64,000 nucleotides of DNA from Candidatus Poribacteria bacterium (GTDB lineage: Bacteria > Poribacteria > WGA-4E > GCA-2687025): contig JABGQA010000059.1 of assembly GCA_018644665.1 (NCBI GenBank), positions 34,839 through 98,838 of the forward strand, written 5' to 3'. The position numbers and the translations under genes were made by a program. The notes under the pieces are model-generated. The model did no database searches. It had not been told where the DNA came from and saw only the letters and a program-made list of their open reading frames with translations. Position 1 is the stretch's first letter. Each line of letters opens with the position of its first letter. Positions 46,017 to 55,200 of the stretch are shown here, in pieces.

Positions 46017-47586
46017 GAAGATCCCGACGCAAGAGGAACTGCAGGAAGACCTCGCGGAGTTCCTCCGTCAGAAGTACGGCGACCATGTGCAACTCGGCGT
46101 ACAGGTCCAGGGCCACGGGGAACGCGAGACCGAGGTCGAGCCTCCAGAGTCGGAGGACAACGAGGAACTCAAGCAGAGAATCCTCGAGTTCGACATGACC
46201 CCCAAGGAGGTGAAGGCGTACCTCGACCGGTTTGTCATCGGTCAGGAGGACTCCAAGCGCGCCCTCGCCATCGCCATCTGCGACCACTACAACCACATTC
46301 GCGAGTGCGAGCACGATCCCGAGTTGAGGGAAGCCGACTACTCCAAGCAGAACGTGCTCATGGTCGGCCCAACGGGCGTCGGCAAGACGTACCTCATCCG
46401 CACGTTGGCGAAGCTCGTCGGGGTGCCGTTCGTGAAGGCGGACGCGACAAAGTTCAGCGAGACGGGATATGTCGGCGGTAACGTCGAGGATCTCGTGCGC
46501 GACCTCGTGACGCAGGCTGATGGTGACTTGGAACTCGCGCAGTACGGCATCGTCTACCTCGATGAGGTGGACAAGGTCGCCACGCCCCCGAACATCATCG
46601 GGCGCGACGTGAGCGGCCGCGGCGTGCAGATGAACCTGCTCAAGCTGATGGAGGAGACGGACGTCGATCTCCGCTCGCCCTTCGACCCGGCGAGTCAGAT
46701 GCAGGCGGCGATGGAGTTCCAGAAGAAGGGCAAGGTCGAGAAGCCGACCATCAACACGCGGTACATCCTCTTCATCGTCAGCGGGGCGTTCACGAACCTC
46801 GTCGACCTGGTGAAGAAGCGCGCGCACAAGACGACGTTGGGTTTCGGCGGCAACGTCGAGCGCGACGACGACGCGGAGTACCTCGCGCAGGCCATCTCGG
46901 AAGACTTCGTCAAGTTCGGCTTCGAGCCGGAGTTCGTCGGCCGGTTGCCGGTGCACGTGTTCTGCCACCAACTCTCGGTGGAGCATCTGTTCGAGATACT
47001 CCAACACTCCGAGGGATCGATCATCCGTCAGTACGAGCGCGCCTTCCGCGCCTACGGGATCGAGGTGATCTTCGAGCAGGAAGGCCTCAAGGCGATCGCC
47101 GAGTTGGCGCACGAGGAAAAGACGGGCGCGCGCGGGCTGATGACCGTTTGCGAGCGGCTCTTCCGCAACTTCAAGTACGAACTCCCAGCCACCGACGTGA
47201 CCATGTTCGTTGTTAACCGCGAACTGGCCGACCACCCGGCCGATGTCCTGGAACGGCTCCTGGCCGACCCGGGCTTCCGGCAGCGGTCGGTCGGTCGCTA
47301 CATCCTCTCGCGGTACGCCGCGCAGTTCCTGGAACAGACCGAAATCGAGTTGGAGTTCGCCGAGGACGCGATCGACGCCCTCTGCGACAAGGCCGTCGGC
47401 ACGGGCGACGAACTGTTCGGCGTGGCTCTGACGATGTTCCACGACTATGAACACGGCCTGAGCCTCGTGCGGCGCAACACGGGCAAGGCATCGTTCGTGA
47501 TAACGCGCGATGTGGTCGATAACCCGGACGGCGTGCTAAGCGACTGGATTCGCGAGTCGTACACCGAGCAGGAGCCGACGGCGTAA
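45997..47586 (+). CDS. ClpX-family AAA+ unfoldase paralog lacking the N-terminal C4 zinc-binding domain
   Basis: YLDRFVIGQEDSKRALAIAICDHYNHI; Walker A GPTGVGKT; pore loop ETGYVGGNV; Walker B IVYLDEVDKV; LGFGG in the position of the ClpP-docking IGF loop; PEFVGRLPV. There are no Cys residues in the acidic N-terminal region. The start is ambiguous (45955, 45997 or 46006). The stop lies 3 nt before fliR. Confidence 0.8.
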   Translation: MLRMAAKKIPTQEELQEDLAEFLRQKYGDHVQLGVQVQGHGERETEVEPPESEDNEELKQRILEFDMTPKEVKAYLDRFVIGQEDSKRALAIAICDHYNHIRECEHDPELREADYSKQNVLMVGPTGVGKTYLIRTLAKLVGVPFVKADATKFSETGYVGGNVEDLVRDLVTQADGDLELAQYGIVYLDEVDKVATPPNIIGRDVSGRGVQMNLLKLMEETDVDLRSPFDPASQMQAAMEFQKKGKVEKPTINTRYILFIVSGAFTNLVDLVKKRAHKTTLGFGGNVERDDDAEYLAQAISEDFVKFGFEPEFVGRLPVHVFCHQLSVEHLFEILQHSEGSIIRQYERAFRAYGIEVIFEQEGLKAIAELAHEEKTGARGLMTVCERLFRNFKYELPATDVTMFVVNRELADHPADVLERLLADPGFRQRSVGRYILSRYAAQFLEQTEIELEFAEDAIDALCDKAVGTGDELFGVALTMFHDYEHGLSLVRRNTGKASFVITRDVVDNPDGVLSDWIRESYTEQEPTA

Positions 47587-47589
47587 CGC

Positions 47590-48366
47590 ATGGAATTCCT
47601 GCAGACGCCAACGCTGGCGGCGTTCCTGCTGGTGCTGGTCCGCACCAGCGGGCTCATGCTCATCGCGCCGCTGTTCGGCGACCGCCCTGTTCCGACGACG
47701 GTGAAAATCTCCCTGGCGTTGCTGCTGGCGCTGGTTCTGTTCCCGGTCTTGCCGGTTCAGCAGTTCCACGAGGTGTTGACCACGACCGGCTACGCAATCA
47801 TCATCTTCAAGGAGTTGTTGATCGGCATCGTCATCGGTTACGCGGCGCAGACGGTCTTCGCCGGCGCCATGATGGCGGGTCAACTCATCAGCTTCCAGAT
47901 GGGTCTCGCCCTGGCAAGGGCGTTAGATCCCGTGGCGGGCGTGCAGAGCACGCTCGTATCGGTGCTGTACAGGTGGCTGGCGCTGATGACCTTCATCGCA
48001 GTGGGCGGTCATCTCCACCTTCTGGTGGCGCTGGGTGACAGCTATAAGATGATCGGCTTCGGGCAGACCGTGTTCGACGGTAAGGCGCTGGTGCTGATCC
48101 TCAACCTGCTGAACGACCTGTTCAAGATAGCGATCCGCATCGCGGCGCCGTCGACGGTCGTTCTGTTCTTCACGAACTCGGTGCTGGCGATCATGGGTCG
48201 CGCGATGCCGCAGATGCACATCTTCCTCGTGGGTCTGCCGCTGACGATGCTGCTGGGGTATACCATCCTGGCGCTATCGGTTGCGGGTGTGGTGGCTCTA
48301 TTCCCGGACTTGTATCTGCAGCTGCGTATCGCCACGGGGTATCTACTGGAAGCGATGAGCCCCTGA
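47590..48366 (+). CDS. fliR: flagellar biosynthetic (export gate) protein FliR
   Basis: LLVLVRTSGLMLIAPLFG, six or more TM segments and a typical FliR length (258 aa). It is followed by flhB. Confidence 0.9.
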   Translation: MEFLQTPTLAAFLLVLVRTSGLMLIAPLFGDRPVPTTVKISLALLLALVLFPVLPVQQFHEVLTTTGYAIIIFKELLIGIVIGYAAQTVFAGAMMAGQLISFQMGLALARALDPVAGVQSTLVSVLYRWLALMTFIAVGGHLHLLVALGDSYKMIGFGQTVFDGKALVLILNLLNDLFKIAIRIAAPSTVVLFFTNSVLAIMGRAMPQMHIFLVGLPLTMLLGYTILALSVAGVVALFPDLYLQLRIATGYLLEAMSP

Positions 48367-48384
48367 CGACCGGCGGAAGAGGTC

Positions 48385-49557
48385 ATGGCAGACGAACAGG
48401 AAAAAACTGAAGACCCATCGCCTAGGAAAATCGAAGAGGCGCGCGAAGAAGGCACTGTAGCGCGCTCTCCCGAGGTTCCTATCGCGTTGGGCTTGCTGGC
48501 GGCGATTCTCGCGCTACGCGTGAGCGCCCAGAGCATCGTCACGAATCTCGAGCACGTGATGAAGTTCTACTTCTCCGCGGTCGGTCAGTACGTCGGCGAG
48601 GACGTCACGATCATGCGGATTCAGGAGTTGTCCCTTCACAGCGTGCGTTTCCTCGTCGCTATCATGGGGCCGCTGTTTCTGACGTTGTTCTGCATGGGCC
48701 TGTTCTCGAACCTGATCCAGGTCGGGCCGATGTTCTCCGTCAAGGCGTTGATGCCCAAGCTCAGCCGAGTGTCTCTGGGCAAGGGTCTCGGGTCGATGTT
48801 CTCACAGAAGAGCATCGTCGAGGCGGTCAAGGGCCTGCTGAAGGTGATCCTGCTGCTCTCGCTCGCCTATCGCATGATCATAAACCAGGTGCCAATGATT
48901 CTCGCGCTACCCCTGGCCGGGCACGAGCCGGTGATCAAGGTCATGACCTGGCTCGTCTATCGGCTGGCTCTCGTCATGGTGATCGTGTTCACGATCCTCG
49001 CCGCCATCGACTACGTGTACCAGCGCTGGCGCCATTTCCAGAACCTGCGCATGAGCCGCGAAGAGGTCAAGGAAGAGACGAAGCAGTACGAAGGTGACCC
49101 TCAGACCAAGGGACGTATCCGTTCCATCCAACGAGATCTCGCGCGACAGCGGATGATGGGGGACGTCCCCGAGGCGTCGGTCGTCATCACGAACCCGACG
49201 GAAATAGCGGTCGCGCTGAAGTACGAGCAGGATTCGATGGAGGCGCCGCGGGTCGTGGCTAAGGGGCAACGCCTCATCGCGCAGCGCATCAAGGCGCTCG
49301 CGAAGGAAAACCGCGTGCCGATCATGGAAGACAAGCCCCTGGCCCGTGCGATCTACGCGGAAGTGCCGTTGGGTGGAGAAATCGGCAGCCAATACTATCG
49401 CGCCGTGGCGGAAATCCTGGCGTACGTCTACCGTCTGCGCCGTCCGATGGCGCGTCACCTCGCGCAGAATCCGCCTTCGAACGCTCCCACACCGTCGCCC
49501 AGCGCATCTCCACCCCCGGCGACCTCGCCCGGCGTCGCTCCCGCCCCGGGATCGTGA
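48385..49557 (+). CDS. flhB: flagellar export switch protein FlhB, with a Pro-rich C-terminal extension
   Basis: KTEDPSPRKIEEAREEGTVARSPEV; four TM segments; EVKEETKQYEGDPQTKGRIR; the autocleavage region VVITNPTEIAVALKY; VVAKGQRLIAQRIKALAKENRVPIMEDKPLARAIY. Confidence 0.95.
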   Translation: MADEQEKTEDPSPRKIEEAREEGTVARSPEVPIALGLLAAILALRVSAQSIVTNLEHVMKFYFSAVGQYVGEDVTIMRIQELSLHSVRFLVAIMGPLFLTLFCMGLFSNLIQVGPMFSVKALMPKLSRVSLGKGLGSMFSQKSIVEAVKGLLKVILLLSLAYRMIINQVPMILALPLAGHEPVIKVMTWLVYRLALVMVIVFTILAAIDYVYQRWRHFQNLRMSREEVKEETKQYEGDPQTKGRIRSIQRDLARQRMMGDVPEASVVITNPTEIAVALKYEQDSMEAPRVVAKGQRLIAQRIKALAKENRVPIMEDKPLARAIYAEVPLGGEIGSQYYRAVAEILAYVYRLRRPMARHLAQNPPSNAPTPSPSASPPPATSPGVAPAPGS

Positions 49558-49582
49558 AGGATCGTCATAGGATGAGCGCAGG

Positions 49583-50863
49583 ATGATCGTAAGACGTTAC
49601 GAAGCGGCAACGGAGGAGGAGGCGCTTCGAAAGGTCGACGCGGACCTGGGTCCGCGCGCCGTCATCCTCCTGACCAAGCACGAGCCGGGCGAGAGTTGCG
49701 AAGTCGTCGCCGCCATCAACCCAATGGACATCGCCCCGGACGGCGCCGAGCCGCGCCGCGCTGACGAGGGTCAGGCGACTGATGACTTGGCGAGTGTGTC
49801 TCCGACGCGGGAGGCGCAAACCCCACCACTTCCAAACCGGACGCCGCCTAGCGGGCCGGCGCCCGCCCCGCGTGGGGAGCCGCCGCAACCCGAGGCGCCT
49901 CAGGGGCGTGACTCGGTAGGAGGGCCGGACTTCGGCTCGCCCCGAGTCGGGACCCGGCGAGAGGCCGCGCCCGTGGACGACTCGTCGTGGCTTACGAAGA
50001 TACGTCGTGGACTCGCGCACAGCGCCTACACGGGCGGTCAAGCATCGGCGTCGGACCCTCCCGTCACGCCGCCTACGCCGGCCGTCTCGATCGACGCCGC
50101 CTTGCGGCGGCGCCTCGACCAACACGATGTCGGCGAGGATCTGCTGGAGTCGATCCTGGCGACAGCGCAGACGCACACGGGCATGGACGATCTTCGGGCA
50201 GTGCTCGTCGAGGCCATGCGTCCGCACGTGAAGTTCGCCGATGGCATCGAGACGGTCGAGCGTCCGTCGGTAGTCGCTCTGCTCGGGCCTACGGGAGTGG
50301 GGAAGACGACGACGGCGGCCAAACTCGCGGCGCGCTACGCGCTTCAGGACATGAAGCGGGTTGGCCTCATCACGACAGACACGACGCGAGTGGGCGGGTC
50401 CGAGCAGCTTCAGGCGTACGCGAACATCATCGATGTGCCGTGTGTCGTGGCGCAGTCGCCGGATGAGGTTTCCACGGCCCTACTGGACTACTCGGCATAC
50501 GATCTCGTCCTGGTCGACACGCCCGGAAGAACCGCGGCCGATCGCGCGGGTATCGCCGACCTGCGAGCGTTGCTGGACGCGGCACAGCCACACGAAACAC
50601 ATCTTCTAGTGAGCGCGACCACACGCCGTGCTGACCTGTGGGAGACGGCGCGCGGCTTCCATGAGCTGTCTCCGGGTCGCATCGCTTTCACCAAGCTGGA
50701 CGAGACGACCGTCTTCGGGGACATCGTCAATTTCGCGCATCACACGCGCATGCCACTGTCGTACTTCAGCACGGGGCAGACGATTCCCGACGCGATCGAG
50801 GTCGCGACTCCCGACAGACTCGCGCGGTTACTTGTTTCCGAGCGGCGTCCGTTCTATTGTTAG
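49583..50863 (+). CDS. flhF: flagellar biosynthesis SRP-type GTPase FlhF
   Basis: The G1 motif is LLGPTGVGKTTTAAKLAA. DTPGR and TKLDET are also present. An N-terminal B-domain with a Pro-rich linker is seen. Confidence 0.9.
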   Translation: MIVRRYEAATEEEALRKVDADLGPRAVILLTKHEPGESCEVVAAINPMDIAPDGAEPRRADEGQATDDLASVSPTREAQTPPLPNRTPPSGPAPAPRGEPPQPEAPQGRDSVGGPDFGSPRVGTRREAAPVDDSSWLTKIRRGLAHSAYTGGQASASDPPVTPPTPAVSIDAALRRRLDQHDVGEDLLESILATAQTHTGMDDLRAVLVEAMRPHVKFADGIETVERPSVVALLGPTGVGKTTTAAKLAARYALQDMKRVGLITTDTTRVGGSEQLQAYANIIDVPCVVAQSPDEVSTALLDYSAYDLVLVDTPGRTAADRAGIADLRALLDAAQPHETHLLVSATTRRADLWETARGFHELSPGRIAFTKLDETTVFGDIVNFAHHTRMPLSYFSTGQTIPDAIEVATPDRLARLLVSERRPFYC

Positions 50864-50925
50864 GACGCTGGATTCGGCCTGATCGCTCCGAGCGGCTCCA
50901 AGCCTCCTATTCTACGAGTGCCTAG

Positions 50926-52047
50926 ATGAGTATCTTCCCGTGCGTCCGTGGGGTGTGCATCGCGCTGTGCTTGCTGCTATACCCGCTGTACGGGTCGGCG
51001 GCTGGCGTGAATCTCACCCACGTCCAATCCGATCCCGACGCCGATGCACCCTCTCTTCGACTGGAATTCTCAGCCGAACCCAAGTGGGGGCAGACCGTTA
51101 CGTTGCTCGGCGCCGAGCAGGAGTTGCGCCTCGAGTTTACCGACACCGCGAATGTGGCCACGCAGGACGGCTACCGGCGTGAGTTCTCCGACGCCGCTGG
51201 CTTCGTCCATGCGTTGGAGATCGGCGAGGAAACCGAGGAAGACACGACGCGCGTTGTCGTGCGTCTCACATTCCCGCTGACCTCAGGAGCCACGGTGGCT
51301 GCGGGAGCAACACCGAACGTCCTCATTGTAAAGATGACCCCGGGGTCGTCTGGAGCCGCCGTTCCGCTATCGGCGCGCGCCGGGCCTTCCGAGGCGACCC
51401 GCGCCGACGTTCGCACGCTGTACATTGTGGGGGGTCTGATCCTCCTGATCGGCACCGGAGTAGTGGTGGGGTATCTCCTGCTGAGTGGCTCCGGGCGCAA
51501 GCGGGCCCGGACGGCCGCGGTTGGCGTTCCGGCCGAGGAAGCGAAGTCGCTCATGCGCGAGGACGTGGACGCCTATCGGGAGACGTCCGACGCAGCCCTG
51601 GATGCCTCGCACGAGCGGCATCAGAGATTGGTGCGCATCGTCAGACAGGACATGTCCGAGATGCGGCTGGAGATGAAATCCCTGGGCGCCGAATTCGAAC
51701 GGGCGACGCAGAGCGTGCTGCTCTTCGGCGAACCGTTTGTCGCCCGGCCGGACGACTCGCCGACGGAACTCGACGGGATCGTGTCGCCGCAGGCCGTTGC
51801 GGGCGGAGTAACGCTAGGCGCCGACACGGAGGCGTCGTCCGAGAGCGTCGCGACAGAAGACGCTGAGGGCTCCCAAGTGGCTCGCGACGACTCGCCCTAC
51901 GCTCGGGCCCGGCGTCTCGTTCAGGAAGGCGCGGATCTCGCGGAGGTCGGACGGATCACAGGACTCAGTTCCGCGGAACTCGACCTCCTGGCGCGTCTAG
52001 GGCGCATGCAGTCCAGTCGAGCGACGCAGGGCAGCCACGCGGAATAA
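50926..52047 (+). CDS. hypothetical bitopic membrane protein: AMIN-like periplasmic domain, TM, coiled coil, DUF2802-like C-terminal helix-turn-helix-like motif
   Basis: A signal-like N-terminus is followed by SLRLEFS...ELRLEFTD...TTRVVVRLTFPL (AMIN-like). The TM is LYIVGGLILLIGTGVVVGYLLL. The C-terminus is YARARRLVQEGADLAEVGRITGLSSAELDLLARL. Domain calls are by resemblance only. Confidence 0.55.
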   Translation: MSIFPCVRGVCIALCLLLYPLYGSAAGVNLTHVQSDPDADAPSLRLEFSAEPKWGQTVTLLGAEQELRLEFTDTANVATQDGYRREFSDAAGFVHALEIGEETEEDTTRVVVRLTFPLTSGATVAAGATPNVLIVKMTPGSSGAAVPLSARAGPSEATRADVRTLYIVGGLILLIGTGVVVGYLLLSGSGRKRARTAAVGVPAEEAKSLMREDVDAYRETSDAALDASHERHQRLVRIVRQDMSEMRLEMKSLGAEFERATQSVLLFGEPFVARPDDSPTELDGIVSPQAVAGGVTLGADTEASSESVATEDAEGSQVARDDSPYARARRLVQEGADLAEVGRITGLSSAELDLLARLGRMQSSRATQGSHAE

Positions 52048-52054
52048 ACCCTAG

Positions 52055-52069
52055 TGGTTGCAGGAATGC
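52055..52069 (+). promoter_or_regulatory. weak candidate sigma-54 (-24/-12) promoter TGGTTG-N5-AATGC
   Basis: The GG and GC dinucleotides have the canonical spacing (TGGttgcaggaaTGC). It lies in the gap upstream of the giant vWA gene, and a sigma-54 activator is encoded nearby. Only the core positions match. Confidence 0.25.
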
Positions 52070-52223
52070 GGGGAACTGCGTATTATTACGTTCTGCCCGG
52101 ACCGAGCGGGACAGACTTTTGGGTGTGACATGTCGCCGGCCGTTGGGTAGGCGCTACGTGCCTGCGCGTGGTCCCGACCCGGCACGGTGTCCCGCTATTG
52201 GCAACAGATACGGGGACTACGCG

Positions 52224-55200
52224 GTGTTTACCAGGCCTCAGACGCGGCGCCGATCGACCGGCACGTCACTGATTGCGACTCTGGTTCTCGGCTTTGTCGC
52301 ACATGTGTCGCTTTATGCCCAAAGCGCGCCCACCGCTTCGGGACCGTTACCAAGCGCCTCGGGGGCTCCCGTGCCGCTGGTATCGGTGACCCGCCGCCAC
52401 ATTGTCTTCGCGCTCGACCAATCCATCTCGATGGATCATCTGGATCCTGAGCGACTTCGGATTGAGGGCCTGCGCAAACTGCTCTATGGTCTCAGTCCTA
52501 CCGACCAGGTGGGTCTCGTTCTTTTCGGGGACGCTGCGCGGATCGCCGTCCCCCTGGCGCCAGCAAGCAGCGCGAACATGGGCGCTCTGTTGCGTGAGGC
52601 CAACGCCCCCAGCGCCGTCACGGGCTCTCCTGACCTAAACCGCGCGATGCAGACCTCTTTGGGTATGCTGCCCAAGGGCGTGGACGGGGTTATCTCCTCG
52701 GTCATCCTGATATCCAGCGCTCGTATGCCTGAAGGTATGGATGAGGAGGCTGTCAAGGCGGCAACGATCGCGTTGCGACGCTCCACCTACACGTTCATCC
52801 GGGCGAACGCCGACCTGTATGCCATCGCGCTTGGGCCGTTCTCCGACAAGGCTCTGGCTCTGACATCCGTCATGAGGAGCCGGACGAATCAGTATGAAGT
52901 AGAGACCGGGAACGGGCTCCCGCAGGTCTTCGGGAAGATACTCGTCCAGGTGCAGGGGTATGGCCAGCGTCCTGTCTTGGCGCGCCTCGATCCCGAGGCC
53001 GCGTCCGTGGACAAGCAGGAGTTGGTCCAGGCGGTTCGGGTTGCGCCGTACACGGAACTGCTCCAGATCGACATCGTCTCGGAATCGGACCAGTCCGGGG
53101 TGATCGGCTTCGCCGTTGCCCTCAAGAACCCCGAAGGTGACATAGTCCCCCCGACGTTCCAGAGCAGCGGGAACGCGTTCTACCGCATTCCCGGACCCAT
53201 GGCTGGGGAATGGCAATACGGGGTGAAACCAGAGCGCAAGGCTCGGATCACGCACCAGGTCATCACGGACACTGGTCTGAAGATCGTGCACTACTACCCG
53301 TCGGTGGTCGAAGTCGGTAAGGCCATTGACCTGTACTCCTCTGTCCTGACTCGGCAGGGGCCGGTGGAGGTAGACAGCTTCAAGGTCGGCACCGTCGACT
53401 ATCAGTTCGCGCAGGCCGACGTGACGTTCGTGGGCCCTGACGGTACCTCGGAGACTATCCGGGCGCAGCTCGAAGGACGCCGATCTGTGTACGCGGGTGA
53501 GTACAAGGTCACCAACTGGCGAGGGGACGTACCCGGCGCGTACGATGTCGACATCGCGATATACCTGCGCAAAGAGAAAGAGCTGCACGGCGATCTGTTC
53601 GAGATGCACAACATCCAGCCGATAACGATCCATGTGGTCGACGACCGCAGCCAACTGCCCCTGGTATCCCTGGCATCCGTAGATCCGGTATCGACCGATG
53701 GACGTCCTATCCCACTCTTCGACGCTCAGGGCAGGGCCCCGCAACTGAGCTTCTATGCAGAGGTGCTCGAGCGGGGCGTCGGCGGCGTGTCGCCGTACAT
53801 GCTCGGGCGCACGATCATCGCGCGGGTGAAGCGGGGCGACGGCTACGAACTGACCGGGGATGTCGGCCAGGCGACCCTGACCGGGTACAAGCGTCCGGTG
53901 GGCCCTCCCTCTCTGCTTCTGGAGCCGGACACCACCGTGGCGCGTCGGGTGCAGTACGCCTTTCCCACGCTCAACACCTCCGCGCGCGACAAAGTGTATT
54001 TCGAGCAGGCCGGGTACTATCGCGTACAACTTATAGAGGGTCCGACCTATCGCGTCGACGCGGCACGCGCATCGGTCGTCCGGCAGGTAGGGGACGAGCC
54101 GCTCAGCAGCACCGCCATCGTCATGCTTGCCCTTGGCGGGCTGGTGGCCGTGTTCGGCGGGGCGCTGTATCTGCTCATCGAGTGGGGCAAGATTGATCTG
54201 GCTCCGCGCGGCGCTGGCGATCAGCTTGACGACGTTCTCATCGAGGACGAACCCACGTTCACGACCTTCACGGATGTCTTCGACGAGAACCTGTTCGACA
54301 TGCCGCAGAACATCCCGTTGGAGATCGCCGTTTTCGAGCATGGAATGCTCACGAACCATACGACGTTCGACACGGAGCGATCCGAGAATTACGTCGTTAA
54401 GGTGCTTCGGGGTAGCGCCTACATCAACGGCTCTCCGGTGACCGATGAGTTCGACTTACACATGCGCCCCGAGGATGAGTTCCAGGTCGGCGACTTCAAA
54501 GCCGGAATCTCGGGGGTCGAGGACCTCGTGATTCAGTTCATGGTGGAAGATGTCGGGGAGAGCACGGTCATCAACGTGATAACGGACACGGGAGTCCAGC
54601 GATGGACCATCACCTCCGCACCGGAGCTCCGTGTGCCTCCGCGGCCAGGGGAGACGCGCACGCTGGACTTCTCCGAGCAAGATGAACTCCTCATCGCGCG
54701 GGATGAAGGACTGGACGCCGATCACCCGATGGACATCGCTCTATACCACGAGTCGGTGGGCGCCCCCCACGCCAAATTCACCAAGCAGACGTACCTCAAC
54801 GGCTCGGTCGGCTATGGCGTCGAGGCAATCCGGGGCAGCCTGTACGTCAACGATCGTCGGCTCGAACCCGAAGAGGTCGTCGAGGAGTTCAGCCCGGGGA
54901 CCACGATCAAGATCGGGCGCTTCACATTCAAGTACAATTGGGATCAGGGCCCCGACGCGCAACACCCCGTGCTGGAGTTCTTGGAGGCGCCGGAAGCGAC
55001 TCCATTACCTATTACCGATATCCACAACGATCCTCCGGCGGATGTCGCCGAGGAAACGGACGCAGCGACCGTTGACGAGGAGGCCCTCGACGCGCTGTTC
55101 GACGACGGAGACGGCCCATCAGAGGACGAGGACGACGACTCGACCGCTGATGGCGAGAGTGCTGTGGACGCCGTAGCCGATATCGTCGACGATGACGCGG

